The notes beneath the pieces are model-generated. The model saw only the letters and a program-made list of their open reading frames with translations, was not told where the DNA came from and did not search any database. From Candidatus Binatia bacterium (GTDB lineage: Bacteria > Desulfobacterota > Binatia > UBA12015): a stretch of DNA of 64,000 nt. Below are positions 29,750-39,034 of this stretch, in pieces; positions within the stretch are counted from its first letter, which is position 1, and every line of letters starts with the position of its first letter. Both the position numbers and the translations under genes were made by a program. The stretch covers positions 2,381-66,380 of the forward strand of contig JAQWJE010000002.1 of the NCBI GenBank assembly GCA_029248525.1, read 5' to 3'.

Positions 29750-29793
29750 GAGCCGGTACCGGTCTGCAAAAGGCCGGTACCGGCTCTTTTTTT
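29750..29793 (+). terminator. Rho-independent terminator (potentially bidirectional)
   Basis: GAGCCGGTACCGG, an 11-nt loop, then CCGGTACCGGCTC (a 13-bp perfect stem), followed by TTTTTTT (29787-29793). Confidence 0.85.
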
Positions 29794-29898
29794 CGTTTCG
29801 CCTTCGCGGACGACCGAAGGCCTGTCGGCGTTCGAGAAGAAGACCTGTGCTGAACAAGGCGAACGCCTGAAACGCGTCTTTCGATTAACTGGCGCGTA

Positions 29899-32301
29899 TC
29901 ACTGAGACTCACCCTGCAATAGGGTGAGGATCCCCGCATCAGCGTCCAGACGAACCCGGTCTCCGGTCTTGATGACTTTCGTGGCCACCCGCAAATTGAC
30001 GATCGCAGGTAGCCCGTACTCCCGGGCTATCACCGCGCCGTGCGATACCGCGCTCCCCACATCGGTCGCCAACCCGGCGATCAAGCTGAAATACGGCGTC
30101 CAGCCGATATCCGTAATATGGGAGATGAGGATCTCGCCCGGCTGCAGAGCTGCGGCCTCTTCCAGACTCAGCGCGACGCGAGCAACTCCCTCGACCACTC
30201 CGCGACTCACCGGACGGCCAACGTATTGGCCGTCGCCGGAAGCCTCGACAGGCTCGGGATCCACCGGCGCTGCTCGCCCGACATAGACGTCCTGGAATTC
30301 GAGCTTCGACTGAAAATCGAGTGCGCGGCGGCGGTGCTCGGCACGCAGTGCCTCTTCCGCTGTCGGTGCCCGACAGAAGGCCGACAACTCATCACGCGAG
30401 AAGAAAAATACCAGATCCTCGTCGGGCAGATGCCCTTCACGAGCCAGCAAGACCCCCAAATGACGATAACCACATTTCAGGCGATAAGTTGCGTCGACCA
30501 ACATCGACTTGGTCTGCTCTCGTTGCCGGATCGCCAGATGAGCGCGGGGTAAAAGAAAGCGCAATGCCCGCGGGAGTTCCGCCAGATCGATGGGTGCGAC
30601 GGTCTTTGCTTCGTAGTTTCCGGCCAAGCGCGCCAGAACAGACGCCTGCATGGTCCGGACTACCTGTGCCGGTTCGTCGGCCCAGGCTTTTTCCCGCACG
30701 CAAAGCTCACGATAGCCCCGGTGCCCGTGGTGGTGGAGGAAACGATCGAAATTGATACCCACAGCACCCGAAGCTTCGCTCCGCAGCCAGGCAAGACCGT
30801 CCTCTGGGGCCAGCGACCGGAAATGCGCGGCGGCCTCTGGGTCCGTCGCAATTTCATCGACCACCTCATCGAGATGAGACACCATCATCGCACTCTCGAC
30901 ATAACTCGCGCCGGCCAGCAGTCGCGCGGCCTCGGCCTGTTGGGCGGAGGCCGCTTCGGGGGTTCCGTCGGACGGCTCTCTCTCGACGACGCCCTGGATG
31001 ACGCCTTCCATCACTCCCGAGTATGCCGAAGACCGCAGATGGACCTCGTCGGCTTCCAACAACCAGCCGAATTGGTTTTCCATCTCCTTGACCATATCCA
31101 TCGAATTATCTCGATAACGGACATGAAAGTGTCGAAAGCGTGAATCAAACTCCGCGATCACCCGCGTCGCACGCAGGCAATAGCGTATGAATTGTAGCGA
31201 ACCCCACCAACGTCGCGGCAGGCTTTTCGGGTTCGCCGGCTCCTGCAACTCCGGGACCGGGCGACCACAAAGTGCCTGACCGATCCTTTCTGCACTGGTC
31301 AGCGAAACCCAGCGCGCGCCCTCGAGTCCACCGGTCATATTGATAAACATATGACCGAAGAAGAGGTTGATCTGGGTCCACTCCTGGGTGATCGCGGGCC
31401 GACCCCCATAGTTGACCAGCATATGTTGCATGCCATGCTCGATGGCGCGCCCCTGCGTCGAAAAGGTCAAAGGGCAGACCGGCCCCGGCATCATCTCCCC
31501 GACGTTGCATCGAGTGACAACCTGATCCGCCGGGATCGGCGTGAATCCGTCGTCGAGGTCCACGCCCAGGGTAGTAATCGGGCGAGCCTGCAGCCAATGC
31601 AATTCGCCCGTTGCATCAATCGCCCATTCCATGTCCAGCGGATACCCGCGCTGCGCGACTGCGGCTCGCGCTCCGGTGGCCAGTGCCTCGATTTCCGCGC
31701 CTTGAAGCAGCTGCTCGCTGCCGGCGAGATCCACTCGAAGTACGGCATTGTCCGGCGCAAGCACGTAATGGTCAGGTGTCACATCGCCGCTGACGAGCGA
31801 CTCGCCCAGACCACGAACGGCATCAATCACCAGCCGATCGTGGCGACCGGATACCGGATCAGCGGTAAACAGGACGCCGGCTGTTGCGGCCTCGACCATC
31901 CGCTGCACGACCACACACATGCGACCGCTGCCGCCATCGGCCTGCTCGTCGTGATAAGCATCGACGGCCGCTGACGAAAGCGAGCGAACACAAACGCCAA
32001 TCGCACGGCGCAGGCCTTCCACCCCCCGGACATTCAGTTCGGTGGCGTATTGGCCGGCAAAGGAGGCATCTTGTCCGTCTTCCCCGATAGCGGAAGAACG
32101 AACCGCAACCGCACCGCTTCCAAGAGCCGCATAATGCTCTTCGAGGTCTTCGGGAAATTCAGCTTCCCGGGCATCGAGAATCACAAATGCTCCGGGGACC
32201 GACAGTCCCATCTGGTGGAGATCCGCCAAGCCGGCAGCCTTGCCACCAACCTCGGCGGCGCCAACCTCGGAAATCTTCAGGATTCGGGGAGCGTGCTCCA
32301 T
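29899..32301 (-). CDS. PEP-utilising phosphotransferase with N-terminal ATP-grasp and C-terminal swivel-His domains (RPH-like architecture)
   Basis: The N-terminus VGGKAAGLADLHQMGLSVPGAFVI is PPDK_N type. The C-terminus GEILISHITDIGWTPYFSLIAGLATDVGSAVSHGAVIAREYGLPAIV is the PEP-utilizer mobile domain. No C-terminal TIM-barrel PEP/pyruvate domain follows. Confidence 0.75.
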   Translation of the reverse strand: MEHAPRILKISEVGAAEVGGKAAGLADLHQMGLSVPGAFVILDAREAEFPEDLEEHYAALGSGAVAVRSSAIGEDGQDASFAGQYATELNVRGVEGLRRAIGVCVRSLSSAAVDAYHDEQADGGSGRMCVVVQRMVEAATAGVLFTADPVSGRHDRLVIDAVRGLGESLVSGDVTPDHYVLAPDNAVLRVDLAGSEQLLQGAEIEALATGARAAVAQRGYPLDMEWAIDATGELHWLQARPITTLGVDLDDGFTPIPADQVVTRCNVGEMMPGPVCPLTFSTQGRAIEHGMQHMLVNYGGRPAITQEWTQINLFFGHMFINMTGGLEGARWVSLTSAERIGQALCGRPVPELQEPANPKSLPRRWWGSLQFIRYCLRATRVIAEFDSRFRHFHVRYRDNSMDMVKEMENQFGWLLEADEVHLRSSAYSGVMEGVIQGVVEREPSDGTPEAASAQQAEAARLLAGASYVESAMMVSHLDEVVDEIATDPEAAAHFRSLAPEDGLAWLRSEASGAVGINFDRFLHHHGHRGYRELCVREKAWADEPAQVVRTMQASVLARLAGNYEAKTVAPIDLAELPRALRFLLPRAHLAIRQREQTKSMLVDATYRLKCGYRHLGVLLAREGHLPDEDLVFFFSRDELSAFCRAPTAEEALRAEHRRRALDFQSKLEFQDVYVGRAAPVDPEPVEASGDGQYVGRPVSRGVVEGVARVALSLEEAAALQPGEILISHITDIGWTPYFSLIAGLATDVGSAVSHGAVIAREYGLPAIVNLRVATKVIKTGDRVRLDADAGILTLLQGESQ

Positions 32302-32337
32302 GCGTTCTATCGATTCGTTACCCTGCGTCCGCGCCCA

Positions 32338-33060
32338 TCAGGACTGATGCATCAAAAACTCTTTGCGCGTATCCGGATTTGCCTTGAAAGCGCCGCCCAA
32401 GGCCGTTGTCGAAGTTTCACTATTGCCATCCATCACGCCACGCGCCTTTACGCAATGATGTGTGGCGGTGATGCTGACGGCAACATCCTTGGTGCCAAGA
32501 AGCGTCTGCAGGGCGAGCAGAATCTGTTCGGTCAAGCGCTCCTGCACTTGGGGACGCTGGGCAAAGAATCGCACGATCCGGTTGATCTTGGAGAGGCCGA
32601 TCACCCAATCACTGGGAATATAAGCCACCGTGGCGAACCCATCGATTACGACGAAATGGTGCTCGCAGGTCGAGGAGAGATTGATCTTCCGGACCTTGAC
32701 CATTTCGTCCACCTTCATCTTGTTCTTGATGACCGTGAGCTTGGGGAAATTCATGTAATCGAGGCCGCCAAAGATTTCATCGACGTACATGCGGGCGATG
32801 CGAATCGGCGTATCCTTCAAGCTATCATCCGCAAGGTCGAGTCCGAGTATCTCCATAATCTCGCGGAAGCGTTTTTCGAGAGCCGCCTTTTTCACAGATC
32901 CGCTCTGCTCCGAGCTGATCATGGGCGTCTCCAGCCCGCGCTCCAGAAGGGCGCGTCGGACCTTTTCCGCCTCGGGGCGAATTTCGAGAAGCGGCACGGG
33001 AGCCACTCGCGCGACTTCGCCTGCAACTCGTTCTCTATTTTCCATTGGGTCATTCTTCAT
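32338..33060 (-). CDS. folE: GTP cyclohydrolase I (type 1)
   Basis: Near-identical blocks to E. coli FolE as I remember it: [61 protein letters not shown]. Confidence 0.95.
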   Translation of the reverse strand: MKNDPMENRERVAGEVARVAPVPLLEIRPEAEKVRRALLERGLETPMISSEQSGSVKKAALEKRFREIMEILGLDLADDSLKDTPIRIARMYVDEIFGGLDYMNFPKLTVIKNKMKVDEMVKVRKINLSSTCEHHFVVIDGFATVAYIPSDWVIGLSKINRIVRFFAQRPQVQERLTEQILLALQTLLGTKDVAVSITATHHCVKARGVMDGNSETSTTALGGAFKANPDTRKEFLMHQS

Positions 33061-33145
33061 GATGTTTCTCCTGCTCCCTCCCCGCCCCGAATGTCCCGCG
33101 GTAGAGGAAAGCCTCGTGTGGGGCGCTTGATCGGCCCCTCATGGA

Positions 33146-36100
33146 TCATAATACCTGAATCGAGATCTCCACGGCTATCTCGTCGATCGTTTCCCGGCAG
33201 GCATGGGCCAGAGGAGCGCCTGTCCCCAGAATCAGTTCCTGACTTAACGTTTCCGTCCTCAGGATACTGGAGAAATCTTCCTGCCCGAGCGCATTCTGCA
33301 ACTCGCCGGCGGCGACCACTCGCAATTGGATCCGGTCGCTGACCTCCAGGCCAGCCGTTTTGCGCAGTGCCTGCACACGGTTGATCAGTTCCCGCACCAG
33401 ACCTTCGCGGAGCAGGGCCTCATCGACTGCGGTATCGAGTGCCACGGTGACCCCCGCCTCACTCTCCACGACCAAGCCCGGCAAGGGCTCGCGCTGGATC
33501 AGAAGATCATCCCCCGCGACGGGTTCGCCCAGAACCTCCAGAGTCGCTCCCTCCATCAGACGACGCACATCCTCGGCACTCAGGGCGGCAATGGCGTCGG
33601 CAACCGGCTTCATTTGCTTGCCCAGCCGCTTGCCCAACTTCTTGAAGTTCGCCTTTGCACTGACTTGAATCAGATCTTCATCAGCTTCAACGACAGCGAC
33701 CGTCTTCACATTCAGTTCGCCGACGATATGCGATAGATGGCGCTCGACGGCAGCCCGCATCGCTGGGTCAGGACTCGCAACGGTCAAGGCCGGAAGCGGG
33801 CGACGCACGCCGATCCGTTCCCTCTCGCGCAGGCTGAGCCCGAGCCCGACCACTCGCCGCGCCGTGGCCATGGAGGCTTCCAGATCCGTATCGATGCTGG
33901 AGGCAACCACCGACGGGTAGGATTCGAGATGCACCGAAGAGCCTTCATCGGCCGAGGCGGCCCGTGCCTCGACGACCAAGCGCTGGTGCAGGAACTCGCT
34001 GAAGAACGGCAGGATCGGCGCAATCGAGCGCGTCAGCGTCACCAGGACCTCGTACAGCGTCTGATAAGCGCTCTCCTTGTCCGCACCGCCCTCTTCCCGG
34101 CTGCGCCAATAACGGCGCCGCCCGCGGCGGATGTACCAGTTATTGAGGTCCTCGCAGATTTCGACGAAGGCAGGCACCAGATTGTAAAGCCGGTAGGCGT
34201 CGAATTCTTCGCCCATCGCCGCCACGTAGCTTTGCAGGCGCGACAGGATCCACTGGTCCAACTCGTTGGTACTCGAGGACGCTGTCGGCTCTGTGCTCGG
34301 GGACCAACCATCGGCACGCGCGTAGGTCACCAAAAAATTATAAGCGTTCCAGAGAGGGAGAATCACCGTGCGCGCCATCTCGCGAACGCCCTCGCCTTCG
34401 GTGTCCTGCGCGTCGCGACCGAAACGCATCGGCTCGGCCCGCACCGCTGGACTATTGATGATATAGGCGCGCAGCGCATCGGCACCATAGCGCTCGATAA
34501 CTTCCGCGGGATCCGGATAGTTTTTCAGGCGCTTGCTCATCTTCTTGCCATCCGCGGCAAGGATCAGTCCGTTGACGATCACGTTGCGAAAAGCAGGTCG
34601 GCCGAAAAGCGCATTCGCCAAAACGTGAAGGGTGTAGAACCAACCTCGTGTCTGGTCCAAGCCTTCGGCAATGAAATCCGCCGGGAGATGGTCCTCGACA
34701 TAGGACCGCTTGTCCTCGTCAAACGGGTAATGATTCTGGGCATAGGGCATCGAGCCCGATTCAAACCAGCAGTCGAAGACTTCCGGGACCCGGCGCATGG
34801 TGCCGCCCGGCGTGGCCTGTGACGGGAAGGTAATATCGTCGACATACTCGCGATGGAGATCCACTATCGAGCCCGCTTCCAATCCTGCGAGCGTTTCCAA
34901 CTCCGCGCACGACCCGATGCAAACCATCTCGCTCGGATTCTCATCACAGCGCCAGATGGGTAGCGGCGTTCCCCAATAACGATTCCGACTCAAATTCCAG
35001 TCGCGGGCGTTCTCCAACCAGTTTCCAAAACGAGAGCGTCCCACATGGTCGGGCACCCAACGGATGTCCTCATTGTTGCGGGAAAGCTCGTCGCGGTGAT
35101 CTTCCACCCGCATGAACCAGGTACTCTGCGCCATATAGAGCAAAGGCTGATCGGTCCGGTAGCAATGCGGATAGGGGTGCATGATCACATCTTGATCCAC
35201 CAGACGACCGCCCTGCTTGAGCTTGTCCAGAATGCCCTTCTCGGCATCCTTGACGAAAAGACCCTCGAAATCCGGAACGGTGGAATCAAAAACACCGTTG
35301 ATGGTCACGGGATTGACCAGAGGCAGTCCCTCCTTACGTCCCACAGCATAATCGTCTTCGCCAAAAGCCGGTGCCTGATGGACGATCCCGGTGCCCGAAT
35401 CGATGGTCACATAATCGGCCGCGACGACACGAAAGGCCTGACGGCTGCCGTCGCTTGCCTCGGCCTGATCTGCAAAATAGGGCAAAACGGGAACGTAGTG
35501 TCGCCCCACCAGATCCGCGCCGCGCACCCGCGCCAATTCCTCGGTGGCCCCGACTCGCTCGCGTGCCTGGTAGTCGGCGAGTCGCCCCGGCTCGGCATAG
35601 GCGATCTCCCCGGAGTCCACGACCCGTACTTTCACGTATTCCACATCAGGGTGAACCGCGAGAGCGAGATTGCTGGGCAGAGTCCACGGCGTCGTCGTCC
35701 AGGCCCAAAGAGAAGCCTCTTCGTCCTCGAGCTGAAAGCGCACCGTGACGCTGGGGTCCTGACGCCGCTTATGACCGTCTTTACGAGTTGCGGGATCGCG
35801 CTCCTGCGGCCCCTGCGCCACTTCGAAGTTGCTCAGAGTCGTCCCGAGGGCGGGGGAAACCGGCTGCACGCGATGCCCCTCGTAGATCAGTCCCTTGTCC
35901 CAAAGTTGGCGAAAGACCCACCACACGGATTCCATGAAACTTCGGTCCATGGTCTTGTAGTCATTCTCGAAGTCGACCCAGCGACCCATGCGGGTGACCA
36001 CCTGCTCCCACTCCCGGGTGAAGCGGAGGACGTTCTTGCGGCAATGCTCATTGAAGGCGGGCACGCCGAGCGCTTCGATTTCCGCGCGACCGTGCACATC

Positions 36101-36430
36101 GAGTTCCTCCTCGACCAGACTCTCGATCGGCAGTCCGTGACAATCCCATCCAAAACGACGCTCGACCTGATAGCCCTTCATCGATTGATAGCGGGGAATG
36201 ACGTCCTTGATCGTACCGGCGAGCAAATGCCCATAATGGGGCAAGCCGGTGGCAAAGGGAGGTCCGTCGTTAAAGACAAAGGCCGGTCTCTCGGCCGCGT
36301 CTTTCCCTTCGGGCTCCATGCTCCGCTCGACGACCTTTTGTTCTTTCCAGAACTTGAGAATCTCGTGTTCCAGACGAGGCAGATCCAGCTCCGACGGCGG
36401 CGCAGAGAAGCTTTTTTCCTGGCTGGGCAT
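33146..36430 (-). CDS. ileS: Isoleucine--tRNA ligase, type 2 (eukaryote-like) form
   Basis: Track ORF trimmed to ATG 36430 (MPSQEKSF). It has the HIGH region PPFATGLPHYGHLL and the KMSKS region KMSKRLKNYP. It is about 1094 aa and has no C-terminal zinc-finger Cys cluster. Confidence 0.95.
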   Translation of the reverse strand: MPSQEKSFSAPPSELDLPRLEHEILKFWKEQKVVERSMEPEGKDAAERPAFVFNDGPPFATGLPHYGHLLAGTIKDVIPRYQSMKGYQVERRFGWDCHGLPIESLVEEELDVHGRAEIEALGVPAFNEHCRKNVLRFTREWEQVVTRMGRWVDFENDYKTMDRSFMESVWWVFRQLWDKGLIYEGHRVQPVSPALGTTLSNFEVAQGPQERDPATRKDGHKRRQDPSVTVRFQLEDEEASLWAWTTTPWTLPSNLALAVHPDVEYVKVRVVDSGEIAYAEPGRLADYQARERVGATEELARVRGADLVGRHYVPVLPYFADQAEASDGSRQAFRVVAADYVTIDSGTGIVHQAPAFGEDDYAVGRKEGLPLVNPVTINGVFDSTVPDFEGLFVKDAEKGILDKLKQGGRLVDQDVIMHPYPHCYRTDQPLLYMAQSTWFMRVEDHRDELSRNNEDIRWVPDHVGRSRFGNWLENARDWNLSRNRYWGTPLPIWRCDENPSEMVCIGSCAELETLAGLEAGSIVDLHREYVDDITFPSQATPGGTMRRVPEVFDCWFESGSMPYAQNHYPFDEDKRSYVEDHLPADFIAEGLDQTRGWFYTLHVLANALFGRPAFRNVIVNGLILAADGKKMSKRLKNYPDPAEVIERYGADALRAYIINSPAVRAEPMRFGRDAQDTEGEGVREMARTVILPLWNAYNFLVTYARADGWSPSTEPTASSSTNELDQWILSRLQSYVAAMGEEFDAYRLYNLVPAFVEICEDLNNWYIRRGRRRYWRSREEGGADKESAYQTLYEVLVTLTRSIAPILPFFSEFLHQRLVVEARAASADEGSSVHLESYPSVVASSIDTDLEASMATARRVVGLGLSLRERERIGVRRPLPALTVASPDPAMRAAVERHLSHIVGELNVKTVAVVEADEDLIQVSAKANFKKLGKRLGKQMKPVADAIAALSAEDVRRLMEGATLEVLGEPVAGDDLLIQREPLPGLVVESEAGVTVALDTAVDEALLREGLVRELINRVQALRKTAGLEVSDRIQLRVVAAGELQNALGQEDFSSILRTETLSQELILGTGAPLAHACRETIDEIAVEISIQVL

Positions 36431-36771
36431 ATCCCTCTGCACTCTAACGGACCCCGCGCCAAGTGCGACTGAAAACCTCCGGGGACCAACGCGTTTCCAG
36501 CAAGTTTGCGGGAGAACGCCTCCGAACACCCGCTTCGGGTGCCCGAACGGTCCGCCCCGACCACTCGAACGGTGGCTCCGCAACCCGCACGACGGCACAC
36601 AGGGCACCCTTCAAATAACTGAAAAGACTTGGGAAAATTAGCTACCCGTAGACCGGCCCCCCAGCAGATTCGCAGCCAAGGCCTCGCCTTTGAAACGGCC
36701 GCGGCGCCGGTTCCCCGCGCTTGACCTGCTGCTCCGCAGGTGGGACCGTCCTGCGAAATGAAGGAAGATCA

Positions 36772-37401
36772 ATGAAGGTTTTTTATCGACAGATGGTGCT
36801 GGTCGCGATCGCGGTTCTCCTCGGAGCGACGCCAGTTCTCGCCGACAACCATGAAACCACGGCAGTCGATCACAACCGGGCGGGCGGCTATCTGGGCATC
36901 GGGATCTCGCATGCCTGGCCGAGCTTTGGCGACAATATCGGCGACAATGACGGGAATTGGCACTCCGGGATGGGATTCAACGCCCGTGGCGGCTACCGGT
37001 TCAATCGCTTCCTCGCGGCCGAAGCCAACGTGGATTTCATCAACCGCTTCCGTGCCAAGGGAAGTATCGGGTCCAACGCGACGCTCCGCAACGCCATCCG
37101 CACCACAGCAACCACCTTCAATATAAAGGCAATTTTGCCTCTGGATTGGGTCCAGCCTTACGTTCTGGGAGGCATCGGATTCCAGGCGGCCAACCTCCAG
37201 GAACATCTGGGGAACATTCGGGTCTCGGAGACCAACTATAACTTCGTCGGCCGGATCGCCGCTGGCGTCGACATCATGCTCCACAAGAATTGGGGCTGGC
37301 ATATCGAAGTGGGTGGGCTTCTTCCCGAAGGGGGTTCTTTTGAGACCAATCAGAATCTCAATATGGTCGTCCTGAACACCGGCTTTCGCTACGCGTTCTG
37401 A
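36772..37401 (+). CDS. Small outer-membrane beta-barrel protein (OmpA-beta-barrel/OmpW-like)
   Basis: Trimmed to MKVFYRQMVLVAIAVLLGATPVLA (signal peptide, GAAGGAAG RBS). It has alternating strands and a C-terminal NTGFRYAF ending in Phe. Confidence 0.75.
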   Translation: MKVFYRQMVLVAIAVLLGATPVLADNHETTAVDHNRAGGYLGIGISHAWPSFGDNIGDNDGNWHSGMGFNARGGYRFNRFLAAEANVDFINRFRAKGSIGSNATLRNAIRTTATTFNIKAILPLDWVQPYVLGGIGFQAANLQEHLGNIRVSETNYNFVGRIAAGVDIMLHKNWGWHIEVGGLLPEGGSFETNQNLNMVVLNTGFRYAF

Positions 37402-37470
37402 GAATCCACACCGGGACACCCCCCGGGGGCGCTTTTGCGGCGCTCACCGGGGGCTGATACCCACCTTTGC

Positions 37471-37908
37471 ATGAGTACCAAGTGGGACCTGCGATTTCTC
37501 GAGCTCGCCAGGCATATCGCTGGCTGGAGCAAAGACCCTTCAACCCAGGTCGGCTGCGTGGTCGTCGGTCAGGATCGAGAAATTCGCTCGACCGGATTCA
37601 ATGGATTCCCTCGCGGCATCGAGGACAACGAAGAACGTCTCAAGGACCGCGAGCAGAAGTACCCTTTGATCTGCCACGCCGAAGAGAATGCCATCATGCA
37701 CGCCGCCCGGATCGGCGTCAGCCTGAAAGGTTGCTCGGCCTACGTGACGTGGCCGCCTTGCACCCGCTGCGCCCGATCTCTGATTCAGAGTGGCGTGGAC
37801 GAGATCATCTACCCCGCCAGTTGCGAAATTCCGGACCGGTGGGCCGACGACTTCGAAATCTCGACCGACATGATTCGTGAGGCTGGTCTCACGATACGAC
37901 CTGCGTGA
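37471..37908 (+). CDS. dCMP deaminase-family zinc deaminase
   Basis: Trimmed to MSTKWDLRF. The zinc motifs are CHAEENAI and PCTRCA. Confidence 0.85.
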   Translation: MSTKWDLRFLELARHIAGWSKDPSTQVGCVVVGQDREIRSTGFNGFPRGIEDNEERLKDREQKYPLICHAEENAIMHAARIGVSLKGCSAYVTWPPCTRCARSLIQSGVDEIIYPASCEIPDRWADDFEISTDMIREAGLTIRPA

Positions 37909-38012
37909 GAACAGCAGGCCCTGGCCGAGCCTTCCAAGCCACCGGATTGGCTTCCCGTGGCGAAACGCCCTGCCCTGCAAATCATGGGCGGGACGGGCTC
38001 TGGTGGGAGGAA

Positions 38013-38282
38013 TCAGCCCCGCGAGAAGGGCATGATCGAGGCTTGGCGGGCGCGCTTGACCGCTCGGGTCAACTGACGCTGCTGCTCGGCGCTCAAACGA
38101 CTCACACGGCGAGGAACAATCTTGCCGCTTTCCGAGACGAACGATTTCAGCGTCTCGGCATCCTTGAAGTCGAATTTCAGATCCTTGGGCGGCCGGGGCT
38201 TGGAACGCCTGCGGAAACCGCCTCCGCGGCTATCCCCGTCGCTGTCACGATCTCTGTCTCTGCTGTGGTATGAATTTTCCAT
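38013..38282 (-). CDS. rpsR: 30S ribosomal protein S18
   Basis: DFKDAETLKSFVSESGKIVPRRVSRLSAEQQRQLTRAVKRARQASIMPF, with an Arg/Asp-rich N-terminal extension. Confidence 0.9.
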   Translation of the reverse strand: MENSYHSRDRDRDSDGDSRGGGFRRRSKPRPPKDLKFDFKDAETLKSFVSESGKIVPRRVSRLSAEQQRQLTRAVKRARQASIMPFSRG

Positions 38283-38315
38283 GCTTCGCTTTTCCGGAGG
38301 CCGGGTTGAGGGGGC

Positions 38316-38570
38316 CTAGTTCGCCGGGCCCACCAGCCCGAAGTCCTTGTATCGCAGACCGTTTTTCTTGATGAACGCATACAGACCCATTCGGGTTACC
38401 GTGCGCATCGCTCGGGCAGACACCTGAAGACGGACGAATTTCTCCTCTTCCGGCACCCAGAGGCGCTTCCATTGGATGTTCGCCTTCTGCACCCGTTTGG
38501 TCTTATTATTCGCGTGCGAGACATTATTGCCCACAAGACGCTGCTTACCTGTAAGTTGACACTTGGCCAT
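38316..38570 (-). CDS. rpmB: 50S ribosomal protein L28
   Basis: MAKCQLTGKQRLVGNNVSHANNKTKRVQKANIQ is the canonical L28 N-terminus. A GGAGAG RBS is present. Confidence 0.9.
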   Translation of the reverse strand: MAKCQLTGKQRLVGNNVSHANNKTKRVQKANIQWKRLWVPEEEKFVRLQVSARAMRTVTRMGLYAFIKKNGLRYKDFGLVGPAN

Positions 38571-38761
38571 GATCTCGAATCTCTCCAGAAAATACGTGAG
38601 GAACGGGTGGAATTAACACGCGCTTTCAGATGCCTCAACCCTGACCCGGGCCAACCCGGAAACCTCTGGATTGGCGGGCACCACGGGCCCTCCGGCTTGC
38701 ATCGCCCGCATGGGTCTTCTAGAGCCGAACAGACCGTTTTTACGGAGGAGATCAGCAGATC

Positions 38762-38977
38762 ATGGCCCTAAGTCAGGAACTTCTCGACATTCTGGTATGC
38801 CCGGAATCCAAACAGGCACTCGTTTATTTCGCCGACGAGGGCTTCTTGTTCTGCCCGGAGTCCCGTCTGAAGTACCGGATCGAAGACGATATCCCGGTCA
38901 TGCTGGTCGACGAAGCCGAGCGTCTCGACGAATCGGCCGCCAAGGCGCTGATGGCAACCGCGCCACAGGGGAACTGA
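38762..38977 (+). CDS. Trm112/YcaR (UPF0434) family small protein
   Basis: LLDILVCPESKQALVY ... YRIEDDIPVMLVDEA. 71 aa, with a GGAGGAG RBS. Confidence 0.8.
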   Translation: MALSQELLDILVCPESKQALVYFADEGFLFCPESRLKYRIEDDIPVMLVDEAERLDESAAKALMATAPQGN

Positions 38978-39034
38978 CCCCCGGCAAAAGACCCCGGTGT
39001 CGCCCGTCGACGCTTGCAAGAGGAGATCAAAGGC

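Noticed and set aside
32050-36472. Plus-strand ORFs 32050..33342 (430 aa), 33737..34822 (361 aa) and 35045..36472 (475 aa).
   Set aside because: They are antisense to the PEP-utilising enzyme, folE and ileS, all of which are unambiguous.
36431-36771. 341-nt gap upstream of ileS considered for a T-box or other leader RNA.
   Set aside because: I found no specifier-loop or T-box consensus and no terminator/antiterminator pair, only short hairpins. The gap is also shared with a divergent outer-membrane protein gene promoter.
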